From contig JAQGDQ010000581.1 of assembly GCA_030141605.1 (NCBI GenBank), positions 71,999-135,998 on the forward strand: a stretch of DNA of 64,000 nucleotides, written 5' to 3'. Position 1 is the first letter of the stretch. Each line of letters begins with the position of its first letter. The DNA comes from Tubiluchus corallicola (Eukaryota; Animalia; Priapulida). Position numbers and translations under genes: made by a program. This document shows, one piece after another, positions 1 through 9,442 of the stretch. The notes below the pieces were generated by a model. That model made no database searches and had not been told where the DNA came from. It worked only from the letters and a program-made list of their open reading frames with translations.

Positions 1-74
1 AATCTCTTTGCAGGCCGCACAAATTCTCTCGGTGGGCCGCAAGTGGACCGCGGGCTGCAATTTGCACACCCCTG
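1..74. mobile_element. End of hAT-like MITE (family A), truncated by window edge
   Basis: Ends ...gcaatttgcacacccctg and matches the terminal part of the copies at 18958-19439 and 27409-27891. Confidence 0.8.
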
Positions 75-189
75 TACTATATAAATAGAACATTATGTTG
101 AAATTGTGGAATGGACTTTCAACAGTTTTTAGGGCCATTTTGGTGCATTTGTGGTTACTTTTATGTCAATTTTATCTTAATTTTATCTG

Positions 190-815
190 CAATTGTGTAA
201 GTATTTGTATACGGCACACTTTTACCTAAGTAAGAAGGTACAGAAGGTAACAAATATGGCGAAACATTTCATTAGCTATATAGGACCAGTCCTATGGAAT
301 AGACTAAGCCGCAATTCAAAATGTAGTCACTCCCTTTCAACTTTAAAAAAAACCGCCAGAAAAGAAATATTTCAAAAGTATTGAGAGTAACACAGTTTGA
401 TAATAGTAATTACCTGCATTCTTTTTCCGCAGTAATCTTAATAAAACTTGACTATGCTCAACAGGTTACTGAACATTTTATAATCATGATCACAGTTTTT
501 CTTAGTTCTCGCTCCATTTCATCTTTCATTCACTACTCCCCCCAATTTTAAGTGTATATTATCATTATTTCAATTATTAACCATTTCCTTAATTCCACGT
601 ACAGTTTGACCTGCCAAGCTGTGCTTTTAGGCTCAAAATGTATGCATCAAAATCACTCTGTAATGTAATTTGCTAATGTATATGCTGCATAAGAATCTCT
701 TTTGTAATTTCTGGATAATATTGCATTTATATTTATATTTACTTCAGTGAAATTATCTGTATTTTTGTTATAACTGTTAGATGCAGAGTGGAAATAAATA
801 AACTTATAACTTACA
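190..815 (+). mobile_element. 3' end of L2/Crack-like LINE (ORF2 C-terminus, 3' UTR, tail)
   Basis: Translation TNMAKHFISYIGPVLWNRL...SLSTLKK resembles LINE ORF2 C-termini; ends aaataaataaacttataactta; inverted second copy at about 26720-27000. Confidence 0.65.
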
Positions 816-1144
816 ATAGTAACAGTTATCAAGTAATTTCTCCTTGTGATGTTAGTCCGCTTACAACTTACAGAGTTTTGTAATTTTAATCAAACTTAAC
901 ATTTTTGCACTGGTAAGAGCCTACTCTGAATGCAAGATACAAACCCAGAAGGTCCCGTTTACAGACGAACACGAATGCGGCTCCTTAATTAAGAAACTTC
1001 GCTTTAAAACTCGGTTAATTACATTTGCACGTGCCCGGGAGCACACCTGTACAGGTAAAAACGAGCGTGATTGATAATGTCACAGCGATCAGCAAACGTT
1101 CGCTCTACGTCCGGGGTTCAAGTGCCGTTAAGGTTAGTGACACG

Positions 1145-2485
1145 ATGACTACCGTTAGAAAAAGATCGTCTTCTCAGTTATACGGTGCAGACGACTCGAG
1201 TAGGTCCACTTCCTACTCGGGGAGGGCTTTTCTGTTTATGCACCACCTAGAGATGAAGATGCTGATGAGAGTCGTCTTTAGATTCCTGGTGTATTTTATG
1301 ATTGGGTTCACCATCTTGTTTCTGACGTCAATATCGACTGTAAGCGAGAGTGAATCATTTGATGATGACGATGATGGCGTTATTCACGTGGCGCTCACTG
1401 CTTGTACTGATTACCGTAAAACTGCCATAGATATGAGTGTTCTGATGAAATCCATTGAGCTTGTAACTGAGGCGCGTGTTCATTATCACATCATCGTTCA
1501 CGACGTGCAACTTCGGACATTCCTCCTGGAAATCTTGGAGAAAATTGGTGCTTCGAGAAAATTCTCCTTCACATTCTCCTGGCCGTGGATACTGTCCGCG
1601 GAAGACAGGACACAGTGGATGCGGGGCGGGAATTCTGAGCGACTCTGTGACACCCCCTGGCTGTGGTTTCCCGATGCTTTCACGGACGTGAAAAAGATGA
1701 TTAAGTTAGACATGGACGTGATCGTGGCCAAACCGCTAGAGGAGCTATGGGCTTATTTTGCTCACATGAAATCCGGCGAGATGGTGGCAATGGCGTTCGA
1801 GTTTTCCGGAGAGCATACGCGTCGCATCCCGAATCAGCATGCCAAGCGAATTTATCATCCCGATCATCCAGGAAGGGAGGGGGATACCTTGTTGGACTCC
1901 TACCTGGGATACAAACGCAACAAGGGCCTGAACACAGGCGTGGTCTTGATGAATTTAGAGAAAATGCGCCGTTCCAACTGGATACAGGAAATCCGACGTA
2001 TTTTTAACAGATCCACGTGCCAACCGGAGGACGTGGAGACTAGAACGTGTATGATGGACAAGATCATCAGTGACACCTACTTCCATGAAAATCCTTCCAG
2101 GTTGTTCTTTCTTCCGTGCGACTGGAATTACTGGTGGGGTGTTGGGTTCTTCAAAGATTACTGTGACCCCGCACGCTTTCACGGAATCGGTATACTCCAC
2201 GGCAGGGGCGGCATATTTCACGAAGACGGCGAGATATCAGCGGCTTACGGTAACGTCGACGACCGCGCCAAATGTGAGTGGGTGTTCCAGCAGATACACG
2301 ACATTTACAAGAACTTAGCCGTCGATGAAACTAGACAATCTCTCGTGGATAAAGTGATAAAACTTCGCGACGATCCAGACAAGCACCAACCGGAGACGGC
2401 CTCCGATTTGAGTTTATGCTTGCAAGCCCTGGAGTCGTTTGCCCGAGGACTCAAGCTGGGTAGATCCAGGTTTGAGAGGGAGTAA
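1145..2485 (+). CDS. GXYLT: Intronless glycosyltransferase family 8 protein, glucoside xylosyltransferase (GXYLT)-like type II membrane protein
   Basis: First in-frame ATG at 1145 (track start 1025 is TTG); N-terminal TM helix VVFRFLVYFMIGFTILFL; DxD motif KLDMDVI; GLNTGVVLMNLEKMR, FHENPSRLFFLPCDWNY and GIGILHG match recalled GXYLT1/2 motifs. Confidence 0.8.
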   Translation: MTTVRKRSSSQLYGADDSSRSTSYSGRAFLFMHHLEMKMLMRVVFRFLVYFMIGFTILFLTSISTVSESESFDDDDDGVIHVALTACTDYRKTAIDMSVLMKSIELVTEARVHYHIIVHDVQLRTFLLEILEKIGASRKFSFTFSWPWILSAEDRTQWMRGGNSERLCDTPWLWFPDAFTDVKKMIKLDMDVIVAKPLEELWAYFAHMKSGEMVAMAFEFSGEHTRRIPNQHAKRIYHPDHPGREGDTLLDSYLGYKRNKGLNTGVVLMNLEKMRRSNWIQEIRRIFNRSTCQPEDVETRTCMMDKIISDTYFHENPSRLFFLPCDWNYWWGVGFFKDYCDPARFHGIGILHGRGGIFHEDGEISAAYGNVDDRAKCEWVFQQIHDIYKNLAVDETRQSLVDKVIKLRDDPDKHQPETASDLSLCLQALESFARGLKLGRSRFERE

Positions 2486-2632
2486 GAATCTCGTAAAGCC
2501 GTGTCCGTTTAGGACAACTGTTATACTCTTATAAAAAGCAAGGTCTAGGGGGAAAAAGTGTCGTCCAAGAACTTTCAGGTTACCGTATTTAACAGGCAGG
2601 GCGGGATTATGATCCTTTGGAGCCCCTAGCCT

Positions 2633-4010
2633 ATATTTATCCATAACATATATAACCTGATTTACAGCAGTTCAAATGTATATTGATATATATGAACGCC
2701 TGTAATTTATGTTATATATGTTATAGATACCATATGCTATAAGTGTTGTAGATATACATACATATATACATAATACATATAGATATATATTATGGAACGC
2801 TTGTAAAACATGTAAATTTGCCGCAACTAATTGTATAAGTCAGGGTAGCGTGCTGTCTGTAAAACTGCTCGCAATTTATGTTAATGACCTTTCAATCAAC
2901 CTTCAAAAATCTAAGAATGATTGTCATCTGTTAAATGTGTTTGCGGGAGCAATTATATGAGCAAATCGTACTCACGTTAAAAGGATTTTTTGTTTGTTTT
3001 CATTTTAAGTTTCCCGCGACAGTGTTCCGACGGCGCCATTACATGACGTTGCAGTACATGTGAAACTATGTCCCAAAAAACTTTTACATCCACGGTTATG
3101 TTAGAATGTTACTTAGAATTTCACTTACCTGCTTGAAAGACTTATGTAACTAGAAAAGAAAATTGTTGATTATTTAACATACTTTCACCAATTGGTAAAA
3201 TGTTGCTGACTCACCCTCCACGCATTTTTAATTCTACTGACAAGATACATTAATTTAAAATTTTACTTAGTCAGTGATGTATGCACTATGAATTCTCTGA
3301 TTATTTTTTCAAACTTTACTCAGTGTTATCTAAACTTGTTTCAAATGGCTTATCGTCAAAATGGCTGCGTCTATCAGTCAAAATGATCTTGATTTAGTAA
3401 CACGTTTCCCTGTACAGCTTTAGGCAGTTTAAAAGCCCATAAAGGTGAAATAAGTCAGTCGCCTTACACACCACAAACAGTTACCGTCATAAAGTATTTC
3501 GTTTAAATAAATGCCTGTAAGGGCAATATACGAACAAACACTCGTGAAGTTACAAAATTGTTAGACGTCCATTTATTTACATATATGTACATTTGGTCAC
3601 ACATCCACCAGAATGCTGAAACAAAAAACGCTTGCATAAATTAAATGGAACATGTAATTAAGCAAATAACGTATAATCACTTTTAAATAAAATCACTTTT
3701 GCACATACATGTATAACAATGTCAAACTTGACCGTTTTTATCACAAAGTCATAAACTTAAGATTCTGCATTATGACCAAAATTGCAACTGTGAAAAATCT
3801 TTGCTGACCTGGTATTCGTCTTAAGATCATAATTTTGCAATTGCTGAATTATCCGTGCTTGGTTACCTAGGAAATCTATTTTACAGCAATCCCATTTTAA
3901 GCTTTCGCCTATGTCGCGAGACCAGATCATGCCCACTTTTTGAAAAATACGTAATATGCAGCTAGTCCTGCTGCGTTACATGCATAAACAGTGACTGTTA
4001 GTCCGATACT
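2633..4010 (-). repeat. Composite ~1.4-kb dispersed repeat, copy 1 (contains a LINE RT fragment and exon-like cassettes)
   Basis: Reverse complement aligns along its length with 42688-43995 plus 53001-53058; about 2800-2960 encodes an RT-like fragment (ISQGSVLSVKLLAIYVNDLSINLQ). Confidence 0.85.
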
Positions 4011-4444
4011 AATTCATTCATTTTATTCAGTTTCTGCCGCTACAAGTTACTATTCATTTACATAAAGGAAGATGAAATGATTTTTCACATACTACCCGAT
4101 TTTGAAGTCCTATGAAAAGTATACATTTTAATGCTGCAAAAGTGGTAGAACATAGTAGAAATACGTTGGAAAAGGGGCTGCTGGTCGAATTCACCTTCGG
4201 TTACTGAACTGATAGTTTTTGTACATTGCTTTATTTTCAAGAGTTACAGTGCAATCACTGCAGTTCAGTTCTTTATCTCTCTATAAACGCTTTCATGATG
4301 TTTAGTAAAGTTTTTTTTAAATAAGAATGTTGTTGTGAAACTTTGACTCTATTTGTACATCATGACAGACAAACTGATTGAATTTATTCAGCATTTTATC
4401 TACAGTACCTGTAAGGAGAACTGAATAGATTACCTTTAGTTTAA

Positions 4445-5043
4445 AGGAAGACAGGATGATTTTTCATACACTAGCAAATTTTCAAATCCGATAAAAAGTA
4501 TACATTTTAACACGATTAATACTGCAAAAGCGTTTCTGATAATTAAATAATAGATTATTAACAGTGGGCGAGCCCAACTATTGATGACATCACAAACAAA
4601 CCTAATTTTCGGCATCAAAAATATTCCATGAGCGTGTTTGCGATAGCGAAAATTGAAGTACAGTGTAATTGTAAGATATTCAATGTGCTGTACTAAAACT
4701 AGGCAAGTTTTAAGATAAAGATTCTAATTTCAAGTTACCGCTATACTCATGCATGAGCAGTCAAACGTGTGTAGTTCGTCACAAACTAACATATCCGAAC
4801 TGAGCGGTACAGCACCTGTTTTTGTCTAATGCGTTTCCGAAATGCAGGCGCCAGTGCCCGTCTAACTAACGAATGGCGAAATACATGTAACAGTGAAGAA
4901 TTAGTGGCGTGAACGCGAAATTGCTTTGGTATGTTAATAATTCTTTCATGTAAGTCATTTTTGAAAAAATAGTATGTTTCTTTTCAATATTTTAAAGAAT
5001 ATGCTGATTTTGCCTACAGGTTAACATTGGGTCCTGTTTTGCT
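4445..5043. mobile_element. TTAA-flanked non-autonomous DNA element (Kolobok-like), copy 1
   Basis: ttaa|aggaagacagga ... tcctgttttgct|ttaa; homologous copy at 59463-60071 and partial copy at about 4062-4140. Confidence 0.7.
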
Positions 5044-5119
5044 TTAAGTTAGGAGTGACTCAACCCGGCAACCGTAAGCTAGGTTTTTCGCTATCCCGTC
5101 TCTGTAACTGTGTATGTTG

Positions 5120-5529
5120 TAGGGGTGAGCATCGAACGTTCGAGTTCGAACATTCGAATCGAATTCGATTCGAACGAGTTTTTTTTAGTTCGAACTCGAT
5201 TCGAATCCAAAACTATAGATTCGAATAATTCAGCACTTCAATCACATATGTTCCTGATCATTAAAACGATTGAAACATCATGTAATTAACATAATTTAGT
5301 TGTTATTTCTGTGCACAACTCTAAGCAAATTACTAGTCGTTTTATTGCAGAACAAAACCTAGTGATATCCATGATCTTTGTAAGACTAATTTTTACTGGT
5401 GGTTCGAAAACTAATTCGAAAATCGTTCAATCTCAATTGAATTCGAAACACTGAAGTTCGGTTCGAATTCGAAAGTCACAAATTCGGTTCGATTCGAATT
5501 CGCTTTCTGGTAGAGAATGCTCACCCCTA
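5120..5529. mobile_element. hAT-like MITE with TTCGAA-rich subterminal repeats
   Basis: TIR taggggtgagcat / atgctcaccccta; perfect 8-bp TSD GTATGTTG (5112-5119, 5530-5537); degenerate inverted copy at about 19768-20172. Confidence 0.9.
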
Positions 5530-6120
5530 GTATGTTGTACATGTATTAAAGATACAGGTACTGTAATGTAATGTAATCAATGAGACAAATAAATTGAATT
5601 GAATTTAAAACAAAACCAACTACAATAAAAGCATCAAAGCAATCGGGTCACGTGATCAGTAAGCGATTTATTCGAAATACTGTACAACACTGCAAAGCTA
5701 AAATTGCGTAAACTGGGTTAACAAACCGACAACGGAAGAAAAACAAAACAAAAGAGGTTCACCCCGTAAACGGGTAAGAAATGGGTGATTAACTAGTAAA
5801 AGAAAACACCAGTAATGAACAGAGATGCACCCAGAGCCAGGTTATCCTGTAGGCTACTACAGGCTACCAAATAATGGGGGTGTTTGTTAACATCCGGACA
5901 TTGCAGAGCCTTTCAACTTAGGGGTCCGCAAGCTTTGGTAACGTTTTGTAAAAGTTTTTTCACTACGGTTGTGTTGAAATATGTGCCGGCTTGCAATAAA
6001 CAGTAAAATAGTTGTGTTTCGTAAAGAATACTTTTCTTGACAAACACAAGATAGTTATTCTAGTTCATTTAAAGAATTTACAATAAGTTTACTTCAAGCT
6101 GTATAAATGTTGCTAAAATA

Positions 6121-6972
6121 CAGGGTGTCTATAAAGTCTCTTTACAATTTTAAAAATTTATTACAAAGGCAGTTGACAAGATATCTTAACAGATTTGTTT
6201 TGTTTTATTCAGTGTTTATTTAAGTTTGAGATCACATTGAAATTTTGCGTTCTATGTAGGTCTCCTGTTGGTAGAAGGGTATTGTTAACTGAAACCCCAA
6301 AAATGGGTACCCCTCGAAAGAGAAGGCACAGTGTGTATCATGGTTTATTGAGACAAAATCGTATGTGCAGACTCAGTGAAGCTACAGAACTAAGTATGGA
6401 AGAGATCCATGGTGTTATGTGAAAGACATCGTGTATCGAACAAAGATACGGGACATTACTGACTTGAAGCAAAGGAAGGGTTTCTGATGCAATCGCCACC
6501 ATTGATGAGGCTATGACGAAACTACAGAACTAAGTATGGAAGAGATCCATGGGGTTATGTGAAAGACATCGTGTATCGAACAAAGATACGGGACATTACT
6601 GACTTGAAGCAAAGGATTTCTGATGCCATCGCCACCATTGATGAGGCTATAACGAAACTACAGAACTAAGTATGGAAGAGATCCATGGGGTTATGTGAAA
6701 GACATCGTGTATTGAACAAAGACACGGGACATTACTGACTTGAAGCAAAGGATTTCTGATGCCATCGCCACTATTGATGAGGCTATGCTACAGCGAGCAT
6801 GGCAAGAAATCAAGTACCATCTTGATGTGCTTCGTGCAACTAATGGTGCTCATACAGAGGTGTATTAAATGAGTTAAAAAACTTTGACAACAACTGATTA
6901 CATAAGAACAAATCTTGTCAACTGCCTTTGTAATAAATTTTTAAAACTGTAAAGAGACTTTATAGGCACCCA
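6121..6972 (+). mobile_element. Internally deleted Tc1/mariner-superfamily transposon
   Basis: About 60-bp TIRs (cagggtgtctataaagtctctttacaa... / ...gtaaagagactttataggcaccc), TA flanks; frameshifted transposase N-terminus (EKAQCVSWFIETKS...YRTKYGRDP) joined to C-terminus (WGYVKDIVYRTKIRDITDLKQRISDAIATIDEAMLQRAWQEIKYHLDVLRATNGAHTEVY). Confidence 0.9.
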
Positions 6973-7520
6973 TATTCAAGACCAATGTGGGCGTGTCCGT
7001 TTGAAGAGGCCCCATAATTTCAGTAGCCTAGAGGCCCCAACAGCTCATAATCCGGCCCCGGATGCACTGCAGACATCTTGTTATAAATCACCTTAAGAAA
7101 TTCTTCATGATAAACATTAAATGCGCATAATCACCTTTAGAAAATAAGAACAGCAAACCACACTTGTGCATAATGGGTAATATAACATAACATCAAGCAA
7201 ACACAGAAATTGATTTCCTTATTTAACAGTTTCACACAGCAGAGAAAACAAAAAAAAGCATATTCTATAAGAAAAATCAACACTAAGCGCCTTCGTTTTA
7301 CTCCAGTGTGAACAAAGCTTTAGCCTAGTCACAAACTAACATAACAATGCACGCCTAGCTTAAACAACATGCTAGCGTTGAAATGATGCCACTTTCCCCC
7401 GAACTATAACACCAGCAACTACGTTAACAAAAATTTAAAGGACAAGAAAGCGCGTAGTTAAAGCAAGTCTCAGAAAAGTTTCGCTAAAGAATTATAATGG
7501 TTAGAGGCAATCATACTCAC

Positions 7521-7790
7521 GTTAAAAGAATTTCCTCTTTGCTCTCATCTCAAATACTCCCGCGAGACTGTCACGGCGGCGCCATGTTAGATGGCATCAC
7601 AGAACCACAACACAAATCTTTATAGTACACGTGCTCAGAACTCACTGCGACTATGTTCGTGTGATGTCATGCCACGTGATCAGTCACATGCTGGCTTTTC
7701 AATTGGCGGACCAAATGAAACATGTCTGCACCAACGTTTACTGCCGCGGTTGAAATATTTTACAAAAATTGGAGTAAATGCGAAAACGTG
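7521..7790. promoter_or_regulatory. Candidate bidirectional promoter with divergent first-exon donors
   Basis: Two CACGTG E-boxes; minus-strand aacATGGCG (YY1/Kozak-like) then aac|GTGAGT at 7520; plus-strand aac|GTGAGT at 7788. No transcript evidence. Confidence 0.35.
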
Positions 7791-9442
7791 AGTACTTCAT
7801 TCGCTTAAGACTATACTTAGCTGATATAATTCTTTATTGCGAATTTTCTGAGGCTTACTTTGGCTGGCCATTTTCTTGACCTTTGATTAACAAGCGGGTC
7901 CACAAACATAAGAATACATGTGTACAACTTGTAAACAATATCAGCATAACACAAAACCTAAAATGACGCCAGCTACTCGCTACGAAACTTTGACAAGGCG
8001 TTTTTTTGATTTCCTCCAATAATAAATAACTCGCTAAACATGGATATGAAACAAGGAAAGAATGAATAATCATACACACAAAATGTACACAAAAGGGAAC
8101 TTAAATGTATTGCTATAGCTAGTTGGTGTGCAATTTACAATTGACTATAAAACAAACAAAATAATATGCATAGCTAAATGCATAAGAACATCTGGATTAA
8201 CTTAGCAAAGTACATCATCTACAGACGAAACAAAAACATTTAAACGTAACTAAAAAAATCGTACAGACATTACACCTATTTACAGTTGCAAATTACATGC
8301 ATGTAACCGCTGTAGTATTTACACTTCCAAAAAACTGAAAACAGAAAGCGATAATGTCCAAATCTTGACGACGAAGTGCAACAACGGAAAAATCATCAAT
8401 AACAATAGCAAATGAAAATGCGTGATCAATAAACCATCATAGCAACACAACTACTTTAACGAGATATAAATTATACATAACAAAGAATCGATTATGATGA
8501 CAAATTATCTCATTGGTAATATTATTGTCCCACGTTCAAATGGTTAATACAGCACTATGGCATTTGGTGAAAATGATATTTTGAAAATTTCACACAGAGA
8601 TGGCAGCACAGGTCTCTGTCATTTTGCAAATTTCCATTTATGCTCAATTATGATTAATTGCACACGTATCAGAAATACTTTTTTTGCACTAAATACATGT
8701 TTAACAACGAATGGTACAAATTTAATTATTTCGGACACACTAGACAAACTTTGTCACTAACAGCTTCTATACGAAACCAAAAAGTTCTGATTTCATTTTC
8801 TAGATGGCACGAATCTATATGAAAACAATGTCATTCTGACTCGTTTTGAACGTGATTTTGAACACAATACCAGCGCCATCTATCAGCAAAAAACAAAATA
8901 GTATTAAAGATAAAAAGAAAACACAAACGTCTAGAAATCAAGTAATTCTACACATAAGATTCACAAGTTTCGTACTACTTTCACTACATGGTTACAGTTA
9001 CGCATACGGTAGTGACAAACAATGAACCACTTCAACATGAATAAGGTGCCAGGCACACATAGAGTAAATGCAAAAGATTTAAATGCTTTTCATCCCTTGA
9101 ATAAGTTTGGTGAGCCGATGACGACACTGAGGTTATTTTTGGTATCTGTAATTACTATAACAAAACGACAGGATGGCAGTGCTGTTTTGTTACGAATCTC
9201 GGCGTTACATAAGTATGTTTTACATCTATGTACACATGTGGTTTCATATGGGAAACTATGCTATGCATATAATTCTGTAGTTTGGCGTTGCTATAGCTGG
9301 CAGTGTTACATATTATTTACATATTACACAATAACCGCTTTGTTTTTATGCATTGCGAAGGCAGGAATATGAACATTTGTACAATGCCAATGAATCATCA
9401 AATACCATTAATAGATCTACGCTAATTAACACTCACTAATCT

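Noticed and set aside
1025-1144. N-terminal extension of the GT8 ORF from the track start
   Set aside because: Begins at TTG; eukaryotic context favours ATG 1145 or a later ATG.
2597-7060. Possible 4.5-kb Pack-type hAT bounded by cagggcgggattatga and tcataatccggccccg
   Set aside because: Ends are imperfect inverted repeats and the flanking 8-mers (ttaacagg vs gatgcact) are not a TSD; probably two independent fragments.
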